A stretch of DNA of 64,000 bases from Methanolobus sp. (GTDB lineage: Archaea; Halobacteriota; Methanosarcinia; Methanosarcinales; Methanosarcinaceae): positions 4,958 through 68,957 of the forward strand of contig JASKKT010000002.1 of the NCBI GenBank assembly GCA_030154025.1, written 5' to 3'. A program made the position numbers and the translations under genes. Positions 28,617 to 37,787 of this stretch are shown piece by piece. The notes under the pieces were generated by a model, which worked only from the letters and a program-made list of their open reading frames with translations, was not told the origin of the DNA and ran no database searches. The stretch's first letter is position 1, and each line of letters starts with the position of its first letter.

Positions 28617-29831
28617 CTACTCCTTCCTCAGCGCTTCAACGGGATCCATCCTTGCAGCCTTGTTGGCAGGGTAGACCCCTGCAACAAGGCCCACGCCTAC
28701 AGCCATCACAAAACCTATTGCTATCTGTCCTGCAGGGAAAATATTGGGCAGCTCAAGATAACTGTTTACCAGGAGAGCGGCAGCAACTCCCAGAGTTACT
28801 CCAAGTATCCCACCTATCAGTCCCACTATCATCGACTCTATGATGAATAATGTCAGAATATCCTTCTTTGTGAAACCCAGTGCCTTCATCAGGCCGATCT
28901 CCCTTGTCCTTTCAGCAACAGTGACCAGCATGATATTCATTATCCCGATAGAGCCTACAATGAGAGAGATAAGGGCAACTGAGGTCAGAAGGGCTGTTAA
29001 GGCTGCTGATAACTGGCCTGTCTGTTCCAGTATCTCAAGCTGGTCAAAGAGCACATAGGGTTTTGCATCATCGTTCTCAAGGTCCCTGTTGGGTACTCCA
29101 AGGCTGCGGGCCAGACGCCTGTCTATCTCATCCCCGGTTGTTCCAACAAGCTCCAGGCTCTCAGCCTTGATGAAGAAACCTCCGTAATAATCAATGCCCA
29201 GTATTTCGTTCATGGTCTCAATGGGTATGAAAATCCGGATCTCAGGTTCAACACCGGTCTGTGCAAAAGTCGTGTTGGGATCCTGTATCACACCTTTGAC
29301 TATGAACTTCTGGGTGACGACACCCCCGTCCTCACGCCGGAATGTGATCTCTATGGGGTTCTTTACTGATATCTTCTTATCGAACTTCTCATTGGCAACT
29401 TCCGCACCCAGCACGGCAACATACCTGTCATTATCGGTCAGGAACTCACCTGACTCCATCCTGATGTTCGCTACCTCGTCATAGTCCTCGTTCACCCCCT
29501 GAATATCGATCTGCCTCGACGTGGAAAGATATGTCACCCTCGCCATCTGCTGGTTTATAGGAGATGCACCGGCAACACCGGGGGTATTCCTTATGAGATC
29601 AAGCTGGTTATCATAGAAGATATTGGTGTTCTGACTGTAGATAACAATGAAATTGGAGCCTACAGCACCTATCTCGTCAGTGAAGTACTGGTTGAAGCTG
29701 GCACCCAGAGTAACATTGGCGATCACAGCTGCAACACCTATAACGATGCCTAGGGTCGTGAGGGCCGACCTGAGCTTGGAACTGCCTATGCTTCCCAGGG
29801 ATATACCCAAAGACTGCTTGAGGCTCAGCAT
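28617..29831 (-). CDS. MacB/FtsX-type ABC permease (module A, first)
   Basis: RSALTTLGIVIG, GIMNIMLVTVAERT and DPVEALR. Confidence 0.93.
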   Translation of the reverse strand: MLSLKQSLGISLGSIGSSKLRSALTTLGIVIGVAAVIANVTLGASFNQYFTDEIGAVGSNFIVIYSQNTNIFYDNQLDLIRNTPGVAGASPINQQMARVTYLSTSRQIDIQGVNEDYDEVANIRMESGEFLTDNDRYVAVLGAEVANEKFDKKISVKNPIEITFRREDGGVVTQKFIVKGVIQDPNTTFAQTGVEPEIRIFIPIETMNEILGIDYYGGFFIKAESLELVGTTGDEIDRRLARSLGVPNRDLENDDAKPYVLFDQLEILEQTGQLSAALTALLTSVALISLIVGSIGIMNIMLVTVAERTREIGLMKALGFTKKDILTLFIIESMIVGLIGGILGVTLGVAAALLVNSYLELPNIFPAGQIAIGFVMAVGVGLVAGVYPANKAARMDPVEALRKE

Positions 29832-29842
29832 TGGTCAGGCAC

Positions 29843-31093
29843 CTATTCTTTATTCTTCCTGCGCCTGTACATCATATAGCCTACGACAGCGAGTGCCGCA
29901 AGCAGTATCACGGCCAGCGCAATACCAGGACCGTTGTCATCCCGTACTTCAACACTGCGCAGCTGCCGGGTGTCTACCACAGAGGAGTGCTGATTGACAC
30001 CGTTCCTGTAATTGGCGATAATGGTCATATCTCTCGGGGAGAATGATTCATTGTCAGCAGAAGCCGCTTCGAACTGGATGGTAAAGAGCTCGTCAGGATC
30101 CATGGAACCTATGAAATATTCTGATGGAGAGAACTCTATGCCTTCGGCCTGGAGGCGCACGCTCACGGAGGAGAGCCTGTTGGGATGGATGTTGGCGACA
30201 TCGAACTCAAGAGTGCCTGCACCGTTCTCGAGGACCAGAGGGCTTGAAGGTATGACCCTGACAGAGGACGAGTCGATCCTTACAGGAATCCTCCAGTTGT
30301 TGCTTAAAGCATGGGAGTTGCCCTCAACAGCAAGGTAAAGATAATATGTCCCGTCCTCAACTTCATCGCCCACCCGGATATTGTATGTGAGGTTAACAGA
30401 CTCCCCCGGCCCGATAATGCCGCTGCCGTAATATGTGCCTGTTGTGACCTCTATGCCATCGGTACTCTCAAGGGAGGCAGACTGTATCCTGGCATTGGTG
30501 TCAAACTCTTCTCCTCCCATCACCACTGTCGGCGAGGTGGCTGCGTTCACCAGAGTGAGCCTGATAATACCCCTGTCACCGGGCATGAATACATCGGGTT
30601 CCATTACAGGACTTCCCTGAAGCTGTACGCTGCCCCTGCTGTTAAAGGTGCTTAACCCGACCCTTATATCGAATTCATCTTTGTACCAGATGCCTTCATT
30701 GCCTACCCTGTACCACACTTCTATAGTTTCAACGCCGTCCCTTGCATTCTCATCCACAAACAGGCGGTATTCATGGACTGCCGCTCTCTCGGGGTTCAGT
30801 ACTCCTGTAGTCTTGTTGGCATTCGCAGGTGCATCCAGGCTGAAAGGATATTCCGGCACCAATCGTACTGCCACATTTTCCGCTCTTGAGAAACCGATGT
30901 TCTCTATCTTGACCCATACGGTCACGTATTCCCCTATCTCTGCAGGGACAGGCTGGTACTGCAATATGCTTACCTTCAGGTCCGCCCCATTTGCGGCCGC
31001 TGCAGGCGTGCAGATCAAAGCAGATACTAAGACGAGCCCGATTACCCAGGCAGACATCGTGTACATTTTCCGGTAACTGAATGACACTGACAT
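29843..31093 (-). CDS. COG1361 S-layer-domain surface protein (module A)
   Basis: Paralog of 25311-26549 (YQPVPAEIG, NNWRIPVRIDSS, YFIGSMDPDE), with C-terminal TM and basic tail. Confidence 0.8.
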   Translation of the reverse strand: MSVSFSYRKMYTMSAWVIGLVLVSALICTPAAAANGADLKVSILQYQPVPAEIGEYVTVWVKIENIGFSRAENVAVRLVPEYPFSLDAPANANKTTGVLNPERAAVHEYRLFVDENARDGVETIEVWYRVGNEGIWYKDEFDIRVGLSTFNSRGSVQLQGSPVMEPDVFMPGDRGIIRLTLVNAATSPTVVMGGEEFDTNARIQSASLESTDGIEVTTGTYYGSGIIGPGESVNLTYNIRVGDEVEDGTYYLYLAVEGNSHALSNNWRIPVRIDSSSVRVIPSSPLVLENGAGTLEFDVANIHPNRLSSVSVRLQAEGIEFSPSEYFIGSMDPDELFTIQFEAASADNESFSPRDMTIIANYRNGVNQHSSVVDTRQLRSVEVRDDNGPGIALAVILLAALAVVGYMMYRRRKNKE

Positions 31094-31102
31094 ATTTTCT
31101 CC

Positions 31103-31810
31103 TCAGGTTGCACCTATCACCCCATCCTTAAGATGGACAAACCGGTCCGCATATTCCGCAAGACCGGGATCGTGGGTGATCATTATGATCGTTCTTCCCT
31201 TGTTATGGAGATCCGTGAAAATACCCATTATCTCCTTACCACTCTTTGAATCGAGGTTCCCGGTAGGTTCGTCGGCCAGTATAAGAGAAGGATCGTTGAT
31301 CAGGGCCCTGGCAATGGCCACACGCTGCTGCTGGCCGCCTGAGAGCGCCGTTGGCTTGTAGTCCATGCGGTCCTGCAGACCGACCAGCCCAATGAGCTCC
31401 CTTGCCTTTTTCCTGCTGTCTACACCTTCCTTTTTGTTGGCATATGTAGGAAGTTCCACATTCTGGAGAGCACTCAGGCGGGGAACGAGATTGAAGTTCT
31501 GGAACACAAAACCGATCTCAAAACCCCTGAGCCTCGCAAGCTCAGTGTCCGTGAGCCGGCTGACATCCTTACCCATTATCAGGACACTACCACAGGTCGG
31601 CCTGTCCAGGCAGCCTATCATGTTCATCAGGGTGCTCTTTCCGGAACCGGATGGACCCATTATCGCAACGAACTCACCCTTCTTCACAGACAGGTCTATG
31701 CTCTTCAGGATTGGTACTTCCATATCCCCTACCTGATAGCTCTTGCACAGGCTGACAAGTTCAATAACGGATTCTCTTTTATCCGCACCAGTCTCGATCG
31801 ATTCGCCCAT
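31103..31810 (-). CDS. ABC ATPase, MacB/LolD family (module A)
   Basis: GPSGSGKST, LSGGQQQR and LADEPTGNLD. Confidence 0.94.
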   Translation of the reverse strand: MGESIETGADKRESVIELVSLCKSYQVGDMEVPILKSIDLSVKKGEFVAIMGPSGSGKSTLMNMIGCLDRPTCGSVLIMGKDVSRLTDTELARLRGFEIGFVFQNFNLVPRLSALQNVELPTYANKKEGVDSRKKARELIGLVGLQDRMDYKPTALSGGQQQRVAIARALINDPSLILADEPTGNLDSKSGKEIMGIFTDLHNKGRTIIMITHDPGLAEYADRFVHLKDGVIGAT

Positions 31811-32062
31811 TGTTATTCCCCGCGTATAACACTGAGTCCACCGTTTAATACGGCTTATCCCGGACACTTTTTAAAAATCAAATGGCATGGTGAATGACTG
31901 CAGATAAAAGAGAACTGTTCTGAAATATAAACTGTTGCTTTGGGCTGCACTTCAGACAGATTTGTGACAAAATATAAATATATCTTTCACGTAAAGAATT
32001 TGTCTATTAATCGTCGAGTCTGAATATAAAAATATTAAACCTGATTTCGCGGAGCTAGAAAC

Positions 32063-32680
32063 ATGCTGGAAGTATTAACCGATCCTAACGGGTTCTTCAA
32101 AAGGAAAAGTAATGAGCCAATAGAATTCAAAATGCCCATAGTAATTATTCTTATAATGGCGATAGTCGCGGCAGCCACTGCAGTTATAGTGACGCAGAAC
32201 GTAATGGGAACACTTCCTGAGGAGGCAGCAGCCTTTGCAGGAATAGGCGCTGCGGTGGCAGCCATATTTGCAGTTATCGGGACATTTATAGCATGGGCTA
32301 TCTACGGTGTGATATTCTATGTAATATCGATGCTTTTCCACGGAGAAGGTAGTTTCAAAAGGGTAATGGAATTCGTATCGTATGGATTTATACCCTCTAT
32401 CATAAGTTCCATAGTCAGTGCATTCTACACTTCCAGAGTTTATTCTAACATCGACTTCTCTAACCCCGAGCTTATACAGGATGCACTGCTGGCCGACCCG
32501 ACCCTCAGGATCGCCGGGATAATAGGGATCATATTCACACTCTGGAGCGCTAACATATGGATATTCGCACTTGCCCATTCCAGGAACCTGTCCGTAAAGA
32601 ATGCAGCTATCGTTGTGGGAGTACCCATCCTGCTCAGCATACTTTACTCAATATACCAACTCGGGATCTTTGGTGCATGA
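32063..32680 (+). CDS. Yip1 family membrane protein
   Basis: VLTDPNGFF start, GEGSFKR..SYGFIP and about five TMs. Confidence 0.82.
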   Translation: MLEVLTDPNGFFKRKSNEPIEFKMPIVIILIMAIVAAATAVIVTQNVMGTLPEEAAAFAGIGAAVAAIFAVIGTFIAWAIYGVIFYVISMLFHGEGSFKRVMEFVSYGFIPSIISSIVSAFYTSRVYSNIDFSNPELIQDALLADPTLRIAGIIGIIFTLWSANIWIFALAHSRNLSVKNAAIVVGVPILLSILYSIYQLGIFGA

Positions 32681-33984
32681 AAGTGAGATCGTGCCTGAGA
32701 ATATTCCTTGCAGCCATCCTTATCGTGGCCGCGTTTTCCCCCTCTGCACTTGGGGCCACCAGCAACAGGGAAGTGCGCCCGACTGTCAGCCTGACCTATG
32801 ATATAGAACCCTCGGTCTTCATGCCAGGAGACACGGGCATCATTACTGTCACCCTTCAGAATATGGCTACCGGCAGAGTGTACATCACAGAGGATGATGA
32901 GACGCTGAGCATGAACGCATATATCGCCAGCGCGACCCTTGGAGGGAACGGTAATTTCGAGGTGCTTGACAGCAGCCACACCAATGTCGGCCTGCTTGGG
33001 CCCCAGGACACCATCAAGCTCTCCTTCAATGTCAGGGCAAAGAACACAGCTTCTGCAGGAACGCATTTCCTGAATCTGCAACTTGTGGGCGGGAGCAACA
33101 TGTACAATCTTAATTACAGGATCCCTGTCAAGGTAGATGACCGCGACCTGCAGATCATCCTCCCTAACATGCCTTCCACGCTCATGAACGAGGTTTCCAC
33201 CATCAGTGTGGAGGTCGTCAACAGAAGGCCGAATGGAGTTACAAGTGTCATTGTGACTCCTGAAGCTGAAGGGATGACGTTCACACCCTCCGAATACTTC
33301 ATCGGGTCCATCCCTGCAGGAAACAAATCAACAGCGACATTCACTCTGAACACTATGCACAGCAGCCCGGAGAAGCGGGATGTATCGTTCGTTGTCTCTT
33401 ACTTCAACGGGGATAACCTGCGCCAGACCGGTAAGCTCACAAGGCAGGTGGAGGTAATAGGCCAGCACTCCCTGATATTCACATCCCTGGAGGTATACAG
33501 GGCAGGGAACAGGTATACGGTCTCAGGGGACCTGAACAATTTCGGCATCACTGATGCAAAGAATGTGATGATATCAGTGGCAGAGTCTGACAAGGTATTA
33601 GCTGTTCAGCCCTATGCGCGGTATTACATCGGGACCCTTGAGACCGATGACTTCAGCAGTTTCGAACTGTCTGCGCAGGCAGTGTCAGGCAATGTCGCAA
33701 GCATACCAGTGATCATCGAGTTCAGGGACCCAAACAATGCCTACATGTCCATCCGGGAGAATATCTCTGTCAGCACCAACAGTATCGCTTCTGCTTCTGC
33801 AACCTCAGGAGACGAGAAGGACAGTCCCTTCATGCTCTGGGCAGTTGCAGGAATCCTTTCAGTGGGAATAGCTGCACTGATATATAATTCATGGAAGAAG
33901 CGCAGAGAAGATGAAGGCGACAGGGGTCAGCAAGAGCAGGAAGATGAAGACGAGGATGAAGACGAAGATCTCCCTGACAACTGA
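32677..33984 (+). CDS. COG1361 S-layer-domain surface protein (module C)
   Basis: Signal peptide, PSVFMPGDTG, PSEYFIG, YYIGTLETDDFSSFEL, C-terminal TM and acidic tail. Confidence 0.8.
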   Translation: MKVRSCLRIFLAAILIVAAFSPSALGATSNREVRPTVSLTYDIEPSVFMPGDTGIITVTLQNMATGRVYITEDDETLSMNAYIASATLGGNGNFEVLDSSHTNVGLLGPQDTIKLSFNVRAKNTASAGTHFLNLQLVGGSNMYNLNYRIPVKVDDRDLQIILPNMPSTLMNEVSTISVEVVNRRPNGVTSVIVTPEAEGMTFTPSEYFIGSIPAGNKSTATFTLNTMHSSPEKRDVSFVVSYFNGDNLRQTGKLTRQVEVIGQHSLIFTSLEVYRAGNRYTVSGDLNNFGITDAKNVMISVAESDKVLAVQPYARYYIGTLETDDFSSFELSAQAVSGNVASIPVIIEFRDPNNAYMSIRENISVSTNSIASASATSGDEKDSPFMLWAVAGILSVGIAALIYNSWKKRREDEGDRGQQEQEDEDEDEDEDLPDN

Positions 33985-33995
33985 ATGGTGCGGAT

Positions 33996-34682
33996 ATGCC
34001 AGAGACCATTGTAGAAATAAAGAAAGTGACAAAGATCTATACCCTCGGAGCGAACAAGATCTATGCGCTCAATAAGGTCAGTGCAAAGATAGAGAAGGGG
34101 GATTTTGTCACTATAATGGGTTCCTCGGGCTCCGGGAAGAGCACCCTGCTTAACATGCTCGGCTGCCTTGACCTGCCCACCAGCGGCAAGGTGCTGATCA
34201 ATAATACGGACCTCTCCAACCTTGATGATGACGGGCTCACTTCCCTGAGAAGGAACAATATAGGTTTTATCTTCCAGCAGTTCAACCTGATCCAGACACT
34301 GACGGCCGTTGAGAATGTGGAGATACCCATGATATTCAATGGCGCATCCCCGCAAAAGCGCAGAAAGAGAGCACTTAAGCTGCTACAGAAAGCCCAGCTT
34401 CCCCCGGAGTATGCTCACCACAAGCCCAATGAGCTCTCAGGAGGCCAGCAGCAGCGTGTGGCCATTGCCAGGGCTCTTGCGAACAACCCGCCCATACTTC
34501 TTGCCGATGAGCCCACAGGTAACCTGGATACAAAGACAGGCCATGGGGTAATGGAACTCCTGAGAGAGCTGAACCAAGCCGGCACCACTGTAATTGTGGT
34601 CACACACGACCCCAGGATGGAAGAGTATTCCCGCACCACAATAAGACTGCAGGACGGAGAGATAGTTAATGAAGATACCTGA
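33996..34682 (+). CDS. ABC ATPase, MacB/LolD family (module C)
   Basis: GSSGSGKST, LSGGQQQR and LADEPTGNLD. Confidence 0.94.
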   Translation: MPETIVEIKKVTKIYTLGANKIYALNKVSAKIEKGDFVTIMGSSGSGKSTLLNMLGCLDLPTSGKVLINNTDLSNLDDDGLTSLRRNNIGFIFQQFNLIQTLTAVENVEIPMIFNGASPQKRRKRALKLLQKAQLPPEYAHHKPNELSGGQQQRVAIARALANNPPILLADEPTGNLDTKTGHGVMELLRELNQAGTTVIVVTHDPRMEEYSRTTIRLQDGEIVNEDT

Positions 34683-35844
34683 TCCCCTGAAAAATAACAT
34701 GTACGCCGAGCTTGCCAGGAGGAACCTGAAGAGGCAGGCAGTCCGCACGATGCTTGCAGCCATCGGGATCATCATAGGGGTCATAGCCATATCCTCCATG
34801 GGCATCCTCGGGAACAGCCTGAAGCTCTCGGTCACTGATTCCTTTTCCGATATAGGGGACAAGATAATAGTCTATCCGGCCCCGGGGGAAGACTACATCA
34901 CTGATAAACAGGTAGACCAGATAAAAAAGGTCAGCAACATCGAAAGCGTGATACCTGTTAGATCAGGCGGAGAGGTGGTCGAGTATAAAAAAGGCGGGAC
35001 CACTTTCCAGTACTACGTTTCGGTCTATGACCTGAAAAAGGAGGATCTTGACAAGCTTGCAGACCTCGAGCAGGGACGCTATTTCAAACCGGGGTCAACT
35101 GAGTGCGTTGTAGGTTCCGGTATTGCCAAGAACCTGGACCTGAGTCTCGGGCAGAAGATAGAGATAGACGGCACGAATTTACGGGTTGTCGGCATACTCA
35201 GGGAGAGGGGCCTTGGATTTGACATCAGCACCGACAGCGGGGTATTCACATCCTCGGAAATGTATGAGAAGCTGTATCCTGATGCTGATGACGGCTACGG
35301 CACGGTCATAGTTGTAGTGAAGGATATCAATAAAATAGATCCCGTCATGGAGGGCATTGAGGAGCGTCTCAACAAAAAGGAAGACACCGTCACGGTCTTT
35401 GCCACGAATTCAATAACCGAGAGCCTTGACAGTGTGTTCAGGTCAGTTTCCCTCTTCCTGATGGGCATAGGCTCGATATCACTGCTTGTTGCAGGCGTGA
35501 GCATACTTAACGTAATGCTCATGTCAACCATGGAAAGGACAAAAGAGATAGGCATAATGAAAGCCGTGGGAGCTTCAAGAAAAGACATACTGAAGATGTT
35601 CCTGCTTGAAGCATTGTTCCTGGGACTCATAGCCAGCACCGCAGGGGCAATACTGACCCTCGGAGGCAGTTATCTCATAATGGCACTGCTTGTCAAGAAC
35701 ACATCTTACCTGCTGACATTCTCAAGCATGTTCTATGTGCTGGAAGGCTTCCTTTTCGGCATAGCCACAAGCCTTCTTGGGGGCATGTACCCTGCATGGA
35801 AAGCCTCGATGATGAAGCCGCTGGATGCGCTCAGATACGAATGA
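34669..35844 (+). CDS. MacB/FtsX-type ABC permease (module C)
   Basis: RTMLAAIGIIIG, ILNVMLMSTMERT and KPLDALRYE. Confidence 0.93.
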   Translation: MKIPDPLKNNMYAELARRNLKRQAVRTMLAAIGIIIGVIAISSMGILGNSLKLSVTDSFSDIGDKIIVYPAPGEDYITDKQVDQIKKVSNIESVIPVRSGGEVVEYKKGGTTFQYYVSVYDLKKEDLDKLADLEQGRYFKPGSTECVVGSGIAKNLDLSLGQKIEIDGTNLRVVGILRERGLGFDISTDSGVFTSSEMYEKLYPDADDGYGTVIVVVKDINKIDPVMEGIEERLNKKEDTVTVFATNSITESLDSVFRSVSLFLMGIGSISLLVAGVSILNVMLMSTMERTKEIGIMKAVGASRKDILKMFLLEALFLGLIASTAGAILTLGGSYLIMALLVKNTSYLLTFSSMFYVLEGFLFGIATSLLGGMYPAWKASMMKPLDALRYE

Positions 35845-35942
35845 GAGTGACATGAAAGAACAAATGATGAGTCCCTAAGCCTGCTTTCCTCGCAGCCGTC
35901 CTTTTCCTGAGAATGAGGAACAGGTAGATACAGGTGTCCTGA

Positions 35943-37100
35943 ATGAGGTATGAACTCTTCATAGCACTTCGGCATATAAAGGCACGAAAGCGGCAGACCA
36001 TCCTCTCGGTTGCAGCCATCGGGATAGCAGTTATGATCCTTATGGTCTCCCAGGCTTTTATGGCAGGGTTCACACAGGAGATATATCAGACCACAGTTGC
36101 CAACCTGCCACATGTTGTTGTATCACCCCAGGAAGGCGAAGACTACATACACCTCTATGGGAACATCGTCAGGGAAGTCAACAGCATAGAGGGCGTGGTG
36201 GCTTCCTCCCCATACCTTATAGGTGAGGCTTCTTTCCGGTACAGGGACAAGACCGCGAATGCAGCACTAAAGGGAGTCGTACCCCCGGAGGAGGAAGCAG
36301 TAGCACATGTGAGCAAGGACGTGATAGAAGGTGATTTTGAAGAGCTTGCATACTCAAGAAGGGGGATCGTGATAGGCGATGATCTCGCCCGCAGGCTTGG
36401 ACTGCAGATGGGAGACAGTGTGGAAGTATCTTTCCCCAATGCGAACACACTATCCCTGAGGGTTATAGCTATTTACGATACTGGCACGCCTGCAGATGAA
36501 AGCCTGATATATACATCCCTTGGGACGGCACAGGATTTCTACGGCACTGCAGACGTCATCAACGGCATTTCACTGAGGCTGGCGGACTTCAATCAAGACA
36601 GGGAAGTAGCTTCCATCATAAGGGAAGAAGGTTACAGGGCAGATGGCTGGACCCAGAACAATCCGGAGATACTGCAGACCCTGGCAATAGAGAGATCCTC
36701 CAACCAGGTCACCCTGGGATTCATACTCCTTATTGCATCTTTCGGGGTCGTGAGCACCCTGAACATGGTGGTCATGAGCAAGCTGAAAGAGACAGGCATC
36801 CTGATGGCAATGGGAATGAGCAGGTCCGGGATAAGGCTTGTCTTCCTGCTTGAGAGCGGGATACTGGGACTTGCAGGTGCTGTACTGGGAGCCCTTGCAG
36901 GAACTGTCATAGCACTTTCGGTAGGCAGCTATCCTCTGCCTGAAGGAGTGTACGGTATCAGCTCGATACCTGTAATTGTACGTCCGACGGATGTTTTCCT
37001 GATCATAACCGTTGTCTTCCTGTTGAACCTCATAGCAGGCATCTACCCGGCACAGCGCGCAGCAAGCCTGGACCCTGTAAAGGCCATATCAACAAGGTGA
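35943..37100 (+). CDS. LolC/E-like ABC permease
   Basis: YELFIALRHI, PHVVV, ETGILMAMG and DPVKAI. Confidence 0.88.
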   Translation: MRYELFIALRHIKARKRQTILSVAAIGIAVMILMVSQAFMAGFTQEIYQTTVANLPHVVVSPQEGEDYIHLYGNIVREVNSIEGVVASSPYLIGEASFRYRDKTANAALKGVVPPEEEAVAHVSKDVIEGDFEELAYSRRGIVIGDDLARRLGLQMGDSVEVSFPNANTLSLRVIAIYDTGTPADESLIYTSLGTAQDFYGTADVINGISLRLADFNQDREVASIIREEGYRADGWTQNNPEILQTLAIERSSNQVTLGFILLIASFGVVSTLNMVVMSKLKETGILMAMGMSRSGIRLVFLLESGILGLAGAVLGALAGTVIALSVGSYPLPEGVYGISSIPVIVRPTDVFLIITVVFLLNLIAGIYPAQRAASLDPVKAISTR

Positions 37101-37140
37101 CTGGCCACTCATTGAGCGTTCCGAAAGGAAACTTAAGAAC

Positions 37141-37560
37141 TTATTGACCACGCATGCCGGTCTCATAAAGTTCAATGCCCTCGAACCTGCACATGCATAA
37201 ACCTTTCCGGAAGAAGAGATAAACAACCGATTTGAACAGCGCATAGAGCCGGAAATAAAAAGAGAAAAAGGTCTTTGAGAAAAAGCCTTCCAGGTAGATT
37301 ATATGCTTGTCGTCCCGGAGGGAATCGTCAACGAACCTTACAATACCGTCAAAGCAGGATCTTTCCATGGTATCCCCCTGCCTCATGACAGGGCCAATGA
37401 TAATGACATCGATCTCCATTCCGTCCTCACTGACGCTGTCATCAATAAAGCCGTAATTGAATAGCGTGGGTATGGGAGAGATGAACTCTTTAATGAACTG
37501 TGAGCCTTCCTTGCGGTATTTTGAAAAGCTGTATTTTGGGGTCTCTACCACGATCCGCAT
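37141..37560 (-). CDS. Divergent family I inorganic pyrophosphatase-like protein
   Basis: VVETPK..KY, NYGFI, DGMEID and DDSLRDDK. Only 139 aa. Confidence 0.75.
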   Translation of the reverse strand: MRIVVETPKYSFSKYRKEGSQFIKEFISPIPTLFNYGFIDDSVSEDGMEIDVIIIGPVMRQGDTMERSCFDGIVRFVDDSLRDDKHIIYLEGFFSKTFFSFYFRLYALFKSVVYLFFRKGLCMCRFEGIELYETGMRGQ

Positions 37561-37586
37561 GGCATCCTATCTGTGCGCATTGTAGA

Positions 37587-37683
37587 AAAAACTAACATAG
37601 GAGACGAACGGGAACCAAAAAGAATTTAATGCACAGGTTGGTGGCACTTTTGTTGTGGAGAGGTACTGGATACCCGTTCGTGT
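37587..37683 (-). ncRNA. Candidate small RNA or structured leader
   Basis: BRE/TATA upstream, 9-bp terminal stem ACGAACGGG/CCCGTTCGT and a U6 tract at the 3' end. Confidence 0.4.
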
Positions 37684-37703
37684 ATTCACAAACGACTGTG
37701 GGA

Positions 37704-37730
37704 AATATATACTTTTCGTATACATACGAA
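37704..37730 (-). promoter_or_regulatory. BRE/TATA overlapped by a 7-2-7 palindrome
   Basis: Minus strand reads CGAAAAG TATATATT. TTCGTAT-AC-ATACGAA lies at 37715-37730. Confidence 0.55.
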
Positions 37731-37787
37731 CTGACTTTCCAGCATCAGGCCGGACAAATGAGAGAATTGTTGAAGGAAGCCTTAAGC

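Noticed and set aside
33925..33975. GAAGATGAAGAC-type repeat
   Set aside because: It simply encodes the acidic EDEDED tail of the COG1361 protein and is not a CRISPR or mobile repeat.
37705..37735. TTCGTATA...ATACGAA resembles loxP arms
   Set aside because: The spacer is 2 nt rather than 8, the arms are short and no recombinase is nearby. Better read as an operator-like palindrome.
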